Source of the DNA: Octopus vulgaris
Taxonomy: Eukaryota
Direction of reading: 5' to 3'
Assembly (NCBI GenBank): GCA_951406725.2
Contig: OX597817.1
Span: 57,350,001 to 57,414,000, forward strand
DNA: 64,000 nucleotides
Below the pieces are notes generated by a model. That model made no database searches and was not told the DNA's origin. It saw only the letters and a program-made list of their open reading frames with translations. The translations under genes were made by a program, and so were the position numbers. Below are positions 1 through 11,527 of this stretch, piece by piece. How positions within the stretch are numbered: the stretch's first letter is position 1; every line of letters starts with the position of its first letter.

Positions 1-99
1 GAGCCTGGTGCAGCCTTCTTGCTTCCCAGACCCCGGTCGAACCGTCCAACCCATGATAGCACGGAAAACGGACGTTAAACGACGATGATGATGATACAC

Positions 100-410
100 A
101 ATGACCGACCAACAAGATGTCACTCTCCTTTGGAAGGAGTCCAAAGAACTGATCTTCGCTGATGTAGCTCTGCCTGTAGATCAGAATGTGAAAACAGCAG
201 ACAATAAAGTCGGGAAGTGCAAAAGAGCTAGTATTTATGTGAAATAAAACCACACAGCCTCAAAAGTAAGTGTGGTACCTCTTGTGATTGGTGCATTTGG
301 GACCATCTGCAAGAAAGCAAAGTTCTGGCATCAAAAGCTGCAAATACCAAACTTCTTAGGAAGCAATACTTGGAACAGCTTGTGTGTTGAGGAAAGTGTT
401 GCATCTTGAA
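100..410 (+). mobile_element. Decayed 3' end of an RLE-type non-LTR retrotransposon (R4/Dong-like restriction-like endonuclease)
   Basis: Translates with stops and frameshifts to ..LIFADVALPVDQNV..VVPLVIGAFG..AILGTACVLRKVL, the typical RLE C-terminus. Confidence 0.65.
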
Positions 411-1230
411 GCTGTGGGATGGAGCTGAGGCATGGCATGGATGAATTAAGAGAAGTGAATAAATAGCAATTCAGATTTACTGTCTCAAAGTGTATTAGAA
501 AGACATTTCAATCTACTTATCTCAGTTTACTTAGCTACAAGGAAGAGGTGAGAGACTTGATGAATTATTTCTCTTTCATCTGTTTAATACTACTGAGTTA
601 AGAACTGGCTCCATGGAACCGTTATTCATTCTTATCTGGCATCAACAAGGGCAACCGGCCGTAGAAACCCTGCCAGAGTAGACAGTGGTGTATGAGGCAG
701 TCCTTGAACCCATTGGACCCTGTCAAATTATCTGACCCAGGCTACAATGGAACATGGACGTATGATGATGATTCTTACAAAGGAAGGAATAGGGTTCCAA
801 AGACTTTCAGATGCTCTTTCAATGGCAGATCAAGGCTGCTTTTTAGGGGACGAGGAGTGGGCGGTTAACTGATCTTAGTGCGACTGTCTCGGATTTATGT
901 ATAAAGCAAGAAGGCAATGGTATATGAAGGTCCACCTGAAACAAACGAAGAGGACCTCATGTATTTAAGTTACAAGGTTTTTTTTGTCAAAAGATAAACA
1001 ATAAAATGTAAACTGAATGCGAGAAGGAGGTACCTTTTTGATGCAACTGAATATGAGAAGGTGGTACCTTTTTGACATAATCTGTGTACCCCTACATAAG
1101 TAATTAATGTACCTTGCTGATAAATCCTAAAATGACATAAGATGTATACTCCACCTCCATCCTCAGGTGGGGATTTGCGTATAAGCAATTGAAGAAACAT
1201 GCAGATTGGAAAGAAGCAGAGCTAACTTAC

Positions 1231-1354
1231 CGATGTCTCCTTGTTCCAATAGACGAATGTCAGGCCGCAGACGGGAGTCTGTTGGTGGTAACCTGTCTTT
1301 GAGGTTATCCGTCAATTCATTCAGCATCATGGCATACAGTGTGAAACTGAAGAA
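1231..1354 (-). CDS. OSBPL1A: ORP exon (last in window): FFSFTLYAMMLNELTDNLKDRLPPTDSRLRPDIRLLEQGDI
   Basis: Acceptor GTTTCAG, donor GTAAGT; 124 nt, phase 0 to 1; conserved LPPTDSRLRPD motif. No further ORP exon was recognised in 1..1230. Confidence 0.95.
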
Positions 1355-2033
1355 CTGAAACACAAAGGGAAGACCACAATATGAAGTGACCACACTATAC
1401 TGACCATTGAAACGGCAAAACAGGACACCACCATTTTCTCTCTCTCTCTCTCTCTTGGAGAAAGTGATTCCATCTTAGAAGACCAAACATTGAACAGTAG
1501 CATATAATTCTTATCCTTGACTATCAAACTGTTCTTCAATCACTCACAACAAATTTGGTTTTCAATTCTGGCACAAGGCCAGCAATTTCGGGAGAAACGG
1601 TCAATTACATTGGCCCCAGGGAACAACTGGTACTGATTTTATTGACTCTGAAAGGATGAAAGGCAAAGTCGACCTTGTTGGAATTTGAACTCAGAATGTA
1701 AAAATGGCCGAAATGCCGCTCAGCATTTAGCCTGGCATGGTGACGATTCTGCTGGCTCACTGCTTCCACTTGCAAGAAATATTAAATGACTGCAACATCA
1801 GACACTGCCAGACACACAATCTTAACACAATGGATATGAGTAAACATTTCATTGAATTCAACTAACATATTAATAACATGTAACTAAGGTCAAACATACA
1901 CACACACATGTAGCAGATATTATGACACACGCACTACTTTTGATTTCAATGATAAAAGCCTCAAATTCTGAATTGTTTCCATTAAAAATTTTCCCTCATA
2001 ATCTCCTGTTCAAACCCAGTACTTTCTCTTTAA

Positions 2034-2485
2034 CCCTTTTGATACCAACCCAACTGAAACCACCCCAGGCTCTGAGTACAAATGTCTTGTTTTCAAAAGT
2101 TCTGAATTAAAATCTTCCACCAAATCTTAGTCACAATTTATGTTCCTAACACTAGCTTAAGAATTGTTTCTCTATTATATATTTTAACCCTTTTGTTACC
2201 CTATTTCTGTTGAGATACTCTGTGTTTCTTTCAATTACTTTAAATATAACAAAGAATTTAGTAAAATAATTTAGTTATAATTAAGCTAGTGTTGGGAACA
2301 TAAATTGAGACTAAGATTTTAATTCAAAACTTATGAAAACAAGACATTTGTACTCAGAGCCAGAGGTGGGTTCAGCTGGGTTGGTAACGAAAGGGTTAAT
2401 GATAAGTTATTTTACTAAATTCTTTGTTAGATTTAAAATTGAAAGAAACAAAGAGCATCTCAAAAGAAATATGGTAACAGAAGGG
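2034..2485. mobile_element. Nested TTAA-flanked MITEs (piggyBac-type): outer copy 2034-2485 with an opposite-orientation inner copy 2161-2395 inserted at an internal TTAA
   Basis: TIRs CCCTTT(T/C)G(A/T)TACC / GGTAAC..AAGGG; TTAA at 2030-33, 2157-60, 2184-87, 2396-99 and 2486-89. Confidence 0.85.
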
Positions 2486-2672
2486 TTAAAACATCAGTAT
2501 AATAATGGTTTCAAATTGTGGTACAAAAACAAGAATTTTAAGGGAAGGGCATACGTTGATTACATCAAACCCAGGACTCAATTTGAACTCATTTTATCAA
2601 CCCTAAAAGGATGAAAGGCAAAATTGACCTCAGTGGCATTTGAAGCCAGAACATAAGGGGCCAATGAAAAAT

Positions 2673-3066
2673 TATTTACATTATTTACATTTTATGGATA
2701 TTTATTCTCATCTTGTTTGTTGCTAACACAACATTTCGGCTGATACACCCTGCAGTCTTCATCAGGTATCTTGAGGTAATTTCGAACTTGGGTTCTCATT
2801 CCTAAGGTATTTTCAGATGTTATTATTATTATTATCATTATTATTCAGGTCATTGCCTGGAATCGAACTCGGAATCTTGGGGTTAGTAGCCCGTGCTCTT
2901 AACCACTACACCATATGCCCGTGGGCTTTCCCCAAGACATCTGATGAATGCTGGAGGGTATATCAGTCGAAATGTAGTGTTAACAACAAACAAGATGAGG
3001 ACAAATATCCGTCAAATGTAAATAATGTTAATAATTCCTCATCTCTCAAATATAGAACTGTATAAA
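2673..3066 (-). mobile_element. Fold-back retroelement: tRNA-derived head (2846-2926, minus) plus hammerhead-bearing Penelope-type tail, with an inverted copy of the tail; 12-bp TSD
   Basis: Inverted arms about 2670-2781 and 2926-3036; A box TGGTGTAGTGG and B box GAGTTCGATTCC on minus; CTGATGA..GAAA cores in both arms; direct repeat CCAATGAAAAAT at 2661-72 and 3067-78. Confidence 0.75.
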
Positions 3067-3279
3067 CCAATGAAAAATGTTAGTTATTTTAGTAAACTCT
3101 TCCAAAATGTTTGGCTAATTGAAATACAGAGTGTATTTCATAAGAAACCTAGTTATGTAAGGATTAAAAGAAATTTTTATAAGAGTCCTTAAATGAGATA
3201 AACTTGTAAAGTAAAAAAAAAAATTAACTGGACAGAATCAGGATGTTGGAAAAAATACTTCCTTGCTTTTCTTTCATAC

Positions 3280-3441
3280 CTGATTTGTGGTTTCTGGTCT
3301 TGGAAACGCTTTCCAGAGAAGAACTTGTCCTGGTATACCAGGATCAGCATTTGGAAGAACACCAGGAATGTCGTCTGTGTCGCTATTAGCAGCAGCCGCA
3401 GCCCCACCACTGACGCCAGTATCCTCACCGCTGATGCCATT
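3280..3441 (-). CDS. OSBPL1A: ORP exon: NGISGEDTGVSGGAAAAANSDTDDIPGVLPNADPGIPGQVLLWKAFPRPETTNQ
   Basis: Acceptor TTCTCTCAG, donor GTATGA; 162 nt, phase 0-0; the C-terminal half matches ORP1/2 IPGSxLLWRxxPRP. Confidence 0.88.
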
Positions 3442-3519
3442 CTGAGAGAAGACGAGAAGAAAAAAGCCATAGAAAGTAGATGCAATTAGACAGGTGGTTG
3501 TGATCACACACACACACAC

Positions 3520-3995
3520 ACACAGAGGACATGCAGCAGATGTTGTAACACACAGAGCTGATACTGTGACACACAGGCATGTATCAGCAGTTGTAACAAA
3601 GACATGTAACATCTGTTGTGACATTGACATGTTAGTAACTGTTGTGACACTGACATGATGCAACAGCAGCTATCATGACACAGCTGTAACAGCTACTGTG
3701 ATACAGACATGTAACATCTGTTGTGACACAGAAGTGATGCAACAGCTGTCACGACAGATGTGATGTAACAGCTACTGTGATACAGACATGTAACATCTGT
3801 TGTGACACAGAGGTGATGCAACAGCTGTCACGACAGATGTGATGTAACAGCTACTGTGATACAGACATGTAACATCTGTTGTGACACAGAGGTGATGCAA
3901 CAGCTGTCATGACACATATGTGATGTAACAGCTACTGTGATACAGACGTGTAACATCTGTTGTGACACACACAAACATGCAGCATTTGTTGTGAC
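3520..3995. repeat. Minisatellite with a 79-bp unit (about 3.5 well-conserved copies from 3686) built from shorter GTGACACA/GTAACA subrepeats
   Basis: GTAACAGCTACTGTGATACAGAC recurs at 3686, 3765, 3844 and 3925. Confidence 0.85.
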
Positions 3996-4779
3996 AAAAG
4001 TGTCCCGACTGCAACAGGTAGTTTACAAACAGATTTAATTTTAATAAAATAACATTTCTTCATCCTCCTCCTTCTCCTGATCATCATCACTGTTATCATT
4101 ATCGTCAACACCAACACTAATCATCATCATCATCACCTATGTAACATTTGACCTCCCATCATTGAAGGGATGGGGCAGTGTGTCACCAGTCTTTTTTTTG
4201 GTAGATGCGTATATGAACAAGTATGAATTAACGTGTGTATATATAGGTGCATGTATGTACACACACAACCTCCCCCCACCACACCCAAACTAAAATTTCT
4301 CATTTCCAAGAGTTAGTGACAGAAGAGACTTCAGGAAGTGACACAGCTCTGCAGCCAATGAATTATGGGGGAAAAAGTGGGTTTTTTTGCTTTTTTTATT
4401 TCATAAATTAACATACTGTTTGCCACTAAACACACAACTACAAAATGGGAGTGAAGCCTGTTGTCAGACAAGCAGACTGTGGATAGCAGCAAGTAGGCAG
4501 GCGAAGTAAAAAGGTTATTGAGGAACTACCAATATGGTCAACGAAGGCCACAAATATAAAATTAGATCAAATAAAACAAAACATATACTATTTTTTGTGT
4601 GAATTTGGGGTTAGATAGTTCTGCAAATTTTGGTATCTGTAATGAGTTATTAAAAGGTTTTACAACACACACTTATGAACAGTGAAGCTGTTAACAAAAG
4701 CAAGGCCAAAGAAAATCAATGAAGAATAATAATGGCTCATTTTTAATAATTCCCCCTTCCCCTTGTTCTTCTTATGTGT

Positions 4780-5180
4780 GAGGCTGAGCAAGAGTGTGAG
4801 AGGTTGAACAGAATTTGGTGGGGTCAAACAGGATTTTGTGGGGTTGAGCAGGATTTGGCAGGGTTGAGCAGAAGCATGTAATTGAGCAGGATTTTGTGGG
4901 GTTGAGCAGAAGCATGTAATTGAGCAGAAGTGTGTCAGGTTGAGCAGGAGAGTGTAAGATTGAGCAGAAGGGTGTGAGGTTGAGTGGGGGAAGAAGTGGA
5001 GAGAGGTTGATCAGGAGGGCATGAGGCTAAGCAAGAGTGTGTCAGGTTGAGCAGGTGTGAGTGAAGCTGAGGTGTGTGTGTGTGAGATTGAGGTGGGAGG
5101 AGCAGAAGCTGAGAAGGAATGTGAGAGATTGAGCATGAGTGTGTGAAGTTGAGTGTAAATGAATGAGATTAAGTGTGAGT
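4780..5180. repeat. Degenerate minisatellite of about 20 bp (TTGAGCAG core)
   Basis: Repeated GGTTGAGCAG(G/A)A motifs at roughly 20-bp spacing. Confidence 0.7.
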
Positions 5181-6747
5181 GAGGCAAAGAAACAAAATTT
5201 AATTATTTTTATCTATTTTAAACCTTATTTTTTTTTTTCTTCATTAAACATGGCACTTAACAGAAACAACATTTTAATTAAGATGATGTCCTAAGAAGAT
5301 GCATTGACTGATGCAAGGTGACCGATCCTTCTGACAATGTGGTGAGAACAATAAAAGGAGTTTGACACAAGTGATGTTGTTGAACTGACACTGCACCGGA
5401 ACCAAGTACATTCAGTTCCATGTTTGCCTACTTGAGACACAGGAACCAAATCAACTCACTTTTTATAGAGGAATATTATCCACAATTCTCCACAGTTCAT
5501 GACATCATCATCATTATTTAACGTCCGTTTTCCATGCTGGCATGGTTTGAAAAGAGCGGGCAGGAGAGGGGCTGCACCATGCTCTAGGCATCTGCTTTGG
5601 CATGGGTTCTATGGCTGGATGCCTTTCTTAACACCAACCACTGGCTGCTTTTTACATGGCACCAGCTCATAGTAGACACAGTTTTTACAAGCCATTAGCA
5701 AGCGGTTGTAAGGACTGATTTGCTTATAACTAAAACATTACATCCCCAGCAAAAATTTAATCAATGCAATGAAGGTCGGCTCCAAATCAGCATTGACTCA
5801 ACAAAGACTGTGACTGAAGACCAATGGAAATCATTTCATCTTTTTAATCAGAGACTACATCAGCTAATGTGTCCTGCCTTTCTTTAAGACAGTGAGGGGG
5901 TGGGCTGAGGGAGATTTGGCTGCTATTTCTAACATGTCAGGTGTCCACAGAGAATTTTCTCATTGGTTCAGATAAGTCTGTTCATCAGATGTTGATGTTG
6001 TTTAGCCCAAGGTCAACCCTCATTAAGTAGACCAGACACTTCAAACATGACCATCTATTTCACCACCACCCCATCATCTTTATCTTTTCTTAAGACAGTG
6101 GGAAATGATCTGAGGTAGTTTTGGCTGTTATTTTAAGTTGATCAAATGACCATGTGGAGAATTTTTCATTGGCTCATAAAAGCCTTGTAATTTGAACAGA
6201 TGACGTATGTTGGATGAAAGATGACAGAGCGCAGATTATGTGACAGGCGAAAAAGGGGTCAGTATGAAGGGATTAGAAGGGTTTTTAAAAGAATAAAGAA
6301 GGGGTTAGGGTCTTTCAAATAAGAGGACAGAATAAGATGAAAGCAAAAGATTCGTTTGTCAGCACAGAGAGAAGGATGATGATAATGATGGTGATGATGA
6401 TGATGATGATGAGAAATAGGAGTTTGGTGATAGCAATAATGCTGATGGTGATACTGATGATAAAGATAATCAAGTAAAAGAGAGGTGAGGTGTAGAAGGG
6501 GGAACCCCCCCACCAAAAAAATGGTGAGAAAGTGACTTTGATTTCTCCTCACTGACTGGAAAGACATCAATGAGTTGAATGCTAAAGAGAGGTGAATGTC
6601 CAGTCAGGGTTGACCAGTCGACTGTTAACAATCAGCTGGAAAACGGAAACAACACAGAGAGGTTCACTGAAGGTTTGTGTGCATTCTGGGTGGGAAGTAG
6701 AAGAGAATGGTGAAAATACTACAACACTTCCAATGCAAAACCCTTAC

Positions 6748-6880
6748 CCTAGACAAAACTGTAGGGTTGTCAGCTGAGGAGTCAAATTTTTGAGTTTTCA
6801 AAAATTGTTCGTAAGTGCTTACATCAACGGCATACAAAGCTTGCACCCAGCTACCAAGGAGAGCTTTCACTTTGGTTTTA
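6748..6880 (-). CDS. OSBPL1A: ORP exon: KTKVKALLGSWVQALYAVDVSTYEQFLKTQKFDSSADNPTVLSR
   Basis: Acceptor TTTTTCAG, donor GTAAGG; 133 nt, phase 2 to 0, fitting both neighbours; resembles ORP1 ALYGKWTECLYSVD. Confidence 0.88.
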
Positions 6881-6886
6881 CTGAAA

Positions 6887-7540
6887 AATAAAACAAAAAT
6901 CGTTGTTATAGAAACCAGAAAAAACATTCTTTGGGGCCATGCTGGAGTACTGCCCTTCATGTCAATCATTTAATTACTAAATTTCTTTTGCAATTTATTG
7001 CTTTTGCTTCAATTAATTTTTGTAAATAACAAAGAATTTATTAAAGTAATTTTCCCCATACCACCATATTTCTGTTGAAATATACTGCCTCTGTTAAAAT
7101 TAATTTTTTGTAAATAATGAAGAATTTGCCATTACTGAGCTGGTGTTTGGAATTTCTGTCAACATGGAATTCTGATGGAAAGTTCTAATTTAGATCATTT
7201 TAATAAAACAAAAGACATTGTTATAGAAACTGGAAAAACATTCTTTTATTCTTTTAATGGTTTCAGTCAGAGGTTGGGGGCCATGCTGGAGCACTGCCCT
7301 TCATGTCGATCATTTAATTACCAAATTTCTTTTGCAGTTTGTTGCTTTGCTTCAATTAATTTTTGTAAATAACAAAGAATTTAGTAAAATAATTTTGTTG
7401 TTATTAATCCCCATACCACCATATTTCTGTTGAAATATACTGCCGTTTTGTAAATAATGAAGAATTTGCCATTACTGCGCTGGTGTTTGGAATTTCTGTC
7501 AACATGGAATTTTGATGGAAAGTTCTTATTTAGATCATTT
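6887..7540. repeat. Local tandem duplication (about 315/340 bp) of SINE-tail and TTAA-MITE fragments
   Basis: AATAAAACAAAA..GTTATAGAAAC..CCATGCTGGAG..TTTAGATCATTT occurs at 6887-7201 and again at 7202-7540. Confidence 0.85.
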
Positions 7541-7875
7541 CAAAACAGGATGTTTGTTTCATATACCAAGGACCCGTTGTGCAGGTTGATAGCAGAAGGA
7601 TTCGACTTACAAAGAACTAATCAACCTCTTGAAGACATAAATAGCACTTGAGGACATAAACAGAGAGATTCTGGGTCCTAATAACGATGCTGCATTAGTA
7701 AAGATTTTGCCATCTGACCATCATCACTAGATTTTGGTCTGTGTCCATACCGCCGCCATCTGAATCATTCGATCTATGAGATGTCCAAATCATCTGCAGC
7801 ATGTTATCTTAGACACTCTCAGTTGTTGTTTGATGTCAGCCATACTCAGTGTCCATGCTTCTTACCCATATAAAG

Positions 7876-7916
<41 letters not shown>

Positions 7917-7919
<3 letters not shown>

Positions 7920-8130
7920 CTGTAAATGTAATATGTGACAATTACTCAGTAGCCTTGATAAAACTCCGAGGTGGAAATCCACGCCACCATCTCTTCAGTT
8001 ATCCGGCCATCGGATTTTTCCGATGGCCGGATAACTGAACAGATGGCAATGTGGATTTCCACCTCGGCATCCGAAACTCGGAGTTTTATCATGGTTACCG
8101 AATAATTGTCACATATTACATTTACAGATA
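7917..8130. mobile_element. Near-perfect 214-bp palindrome with a degenerate hammerhead core (Penelope-type fold-back)
   Basis: TATCTGTAAATGTAATATGTGACAATTA / TAATTGTCACATATTACATTTACAGATA ends; central TTCAGTTATCCGGCCATCGG / CCGATGGCCGGATAACTGAA. Confidence 0.75.
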
Positions 8131-8194
8131 AATTCCTCAATTTACATAATATCGAGGTCTTTTTCTTTCTTTTGTTGTCTTACCGTTTTTATCA

Positions 8195-8232
<38 letters not shown>

Positions 8233-8805
8233 CACAGTAAAATACAAGATGAGTAGTCAGTTGTGAATGGCAGTAAAGCATTTAAAATTGTTATACAGAG
8301 GTAATTATAAATATAATTATGCAGAAAAACAGGAAAATCAGGAAAGTGAGAATTCATCATAAATCCCCGTAGATGTTTCTTCAGGACATATCTGTCAATG
8401 AAGAACTATTATCAACTCTTGCTTTCCTGACTTTCTTGTTTTACTGCTTAATCACACACACACACATATGGTCCAAAAATACAACCCCACCCCCACAGAG
8501 ACCAGAGTGAAAGGACAACAAACAGGGTGTATTAGTTTAGCACTCAGGGAAAATGGTTTCTTAATGAGTATTTAACCACTAATGTGGTACTGAGCAGTTG
8601 AGCACTCATTCTCAGTGATCAATATTATCATATATATATAGATAGATGAGTGTATTTTTGCCTTGTTAACAATTAACATGGAGAAAATAAATAGTTACCA
8701 GGGTAGCAAAAAGTCACACAAGTAAAGAGGTTGTAACTCCTTGTTTATAAAGGTAGAAACTTTGTGTTTATGTGGAATTTTTACACCTGCGTTAAACTCC
8801 ATTTA

Positions 8806-8874
<69 letters not shown>

Positions 8875-9061
8875 GAGGAAAAATTATAAGGCAGAATGCT
8901 AAATTGAAAGTAAATTTTAATAAAAATGGGTGTATGGAAAATTAAAAAAGAAAAAAATAATAAATAATAAAAAATTATATATACATACATATGAGAGAGA
9001 GAGAGAGAGAGAAAAATACAGGCTACATAGAAAAATGAAAGGATAAAGAATGTGGATATAC

Positions 9062-9180
9062 CTTGCATTGTAGATGTATCCTTCTACTTTGTGTAAGTCT
9101 CTGCCAAACCAGCCACTTTGTTTAAATGTGAGCACACCTTTATGTTTGGTTTTATGGTTCAATACCTCCATTACACCATA
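9062..9180 (-). CDS. OSBPL1A: ORP exon: YGVMEVLNHKTKHKGVLTFKQSGWFGRDLHKVEGYIYNA(S)
   Basis: Acceptor TTCTTATAG, donor GTATAT; 119 nt, phase 0 to 2; LHKVEGYI motif of ORP1/2. Confidence 0.94.
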
Positions 9181-9841
9181 CTATAAGAAAACAGAGAGTG
9201 AGATGATGACACATCGGTGTGTTGTTACATTAAATAGAAAGAGGAGACACACACACACACACAAACACATTAATGGGTCCTGTACTATAATACTTGAAAG
9301 CAACTGACAGGCAGGGAGTGTGAGATATTTGTTAGTGAGTTCTGTACAATAATCTATTCATGTGTTGGGATGTTACTGAAAACTGCATCTTTAAGTTGTG
9401 ATTTAAGGAAGGTTGGTTACCTCACACTCTTTTATCCACACCCAGTTGTAATCAAATTCCAGGAGTGAGGTTTGACCACAGCGCTGGAATCTAATGAAAC
9501 ACTGGTCACTTATACACAAAGCTTGCAGTTTTAGACTGGTGATCTCTGCTCCTCTACTGTTATTGGAGTCAAAGAGGATGGCTAATACTCCTGACTGTTC
9601 TAAGGCTTGACATGATTGACGTTTAGACTGATTATTTGTCAGCTAATTTGTTTTGCAAATGAGGTGTCTTTATTCTACTGGTCTTCCTGTGAAACCAATA
9701 GACTATGGGACTTTATTTACTGGAGAACTTTGTTCACACACACACACACACACACACACGAAATGGGTTTTGAAATAGTTTTCATCCATCTCTTCCATTT
9801 GCAAAGCATTGGTCAGATAATGTACAAGGAAAGCTACTCAC

Positions 9842-9920
9842 ATGTTCAACCCAAAGCTTCCCCACAATTACATTATGTACACAGCAGTTGACATTAGACC
9901 ATGTGTAGACTTCACCAAAT
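9842..9920 (-). CDS. OSBPL1A: ORP exon: FGEVYTWSNVNCCVHNVIVGKLWVEH
   Basis: Acceptor TTTTCAG, donor GTGAGT; 79 nt, phase 2 to 0; matches ORP1/2 EAYTWTNPTCCVHNIIVGKLWIEQ. Confidence 0.95.
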
Positions 9921-11031
9921 CTGAAAATAATTTGAATGGATGATAACTTGGGCTGAGAAAACAATTTGATATGACAACAACAATAATAATATTAAAAAAG
10001 GATTTCATCACAGACTTAGGGCCCTGTTTCTGTAAGAGCAATGGGTTTTCTTCTGTTTTGCTTAATCATTCCAGTGGTTTTAGACAGTGGACTTGGAGTA
10101 ACTTCTTCTGGGGTATTGTTGATGACTTCTTTCGGTCTACAATGGTACTGATTTCAATGGTCTTGGAAGGGGAAAAAAGCACATGAAGTGATGCTACCTA
10201 TCAACCGATTCCATCTCAGTATCTACCGTACTCAACAAGTAAGAAATGTTATCAAAGATAATAAACAAAAATTGAACGAGACGAATTATTCAGTTGAATT
10301 GGGAATACTTCAAGATGGAAATTCTTTAACAAATACATAAAACTCAATTCTTAAAACCCTCAATGATGATAATATACCAGATTTCAAAACAGGGGCGATG
10401 CAAGAAAACTATATTTATCTCTTTGGATTCCTTGCCTTCCTTTCATGCCTGAATGCCAATATCTGATTTATTACATACAAATGTAATGTTGAGGCTTTAA
10501 TGAAGGAATCTCAATGTATTTCAAATGAAATTGTTCCACTGAAGGGGTCACTGATCCTGACACACTAATTTAAACTAACATTAAAAAGATCTTTTTGGCA
10601 TAACCATAATCCGGAGAAGCACTATTATCATTTGATTGAAATGGCTTTAATGCTTGACTGCTACTTGTATTAGTCATTAAAAAATCTGAACTCTGAATAT
10701 AAAACAGCAAAACAAGTAAAGCAGGCAATTCTGCCCAACATTCCAATAATTCTTGTCAAATCAGTCACAAGTTGACAAAAATTATCTCCCTTGTTTGGCT
10801 ATTAATAAACTTGTCACTGCTCAGAAGAACAGGGAGACATTCCTCGTGTCTTACTGAGTGCGCTGACATAAAAGATGCACTCTTGCTTAAGACGTACACC
10901 TACTTTACAGGTATATTCTGTGGAAAAATTCAGTACGCTTTGTCATACACGAATTTAAAGATATTTCAAAGCAAATTTGTAGGGGAAAAATGACTGATTC
11001 TCTGCAAGTAAATACAATGCTGTGATAGCAT

Positions 11032-11527
11032 ATCATCATCATCATCATCGTTTAACGTCCGTTTTCCTTGCTAGCATGGGTTGGACGAATGACTGAGGGC
11101 TAGCGAACCAGATGGCTGCACCAGGCTCTAATCTTGATCTGGTAGAGTTTCTACAGCTGGATGCCCTTCCCAATGCCAACCACTCCAAGAGTGTAATGGG
11201 TACTTTTTACGTGCCACCGGCACAGGGGCCAGTCAGGCAGTACTGGCAACGACCTTGCTCGAATCTTTTTACACATGCCACCGGCACAGGTGCCAGTAAG
11301 GTGACGATGCTGGTAACGATCCTGCTCGAATGGTGCCTTTTACATGCCACCGGCATGGAAGCCAGTTAGCCACTCTGGCAAAGATCACACTCGGATGGTG
11401 CTCTTAGCACCCTACTAGCACGGGGCACAAGTCCCAGTAAGGCGACGCTGGTAATGATCACACTCGAATGGTGCCTTTTACGTGCCACTGGCATGGAAGC
11501 CGGTTAGCCGTTCTGGCAACGATCACA
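11032..11527 (-). mobile_element. SINE-like repeat with (GAT)n tail and internal tandem subrepeats (family C); near-identical copy at 14432-14837
   Basis: Shared CATCATCGTTTAACGTCCG..CTGGATGCCCTTCC..TTTTACGTGCCACCGGCAC block; further copies at about 1-95, 5507, 13689, 16277, 27335, 35540, 36860, 38097 and 56645. Confidence 0.8.

Noticed and set aside
2846-2926. tRNA gene (also the heads at 24635, 44785 and 48720)
   Set aside because: These have A and B boxes but no proper acceptor stem, and are embedded in SINE bodies.
3686-3995. CRISPR-like regular repeats
   Set aside because: Contiguous tandem units with no unique spacers, in a eukaryotic intron.
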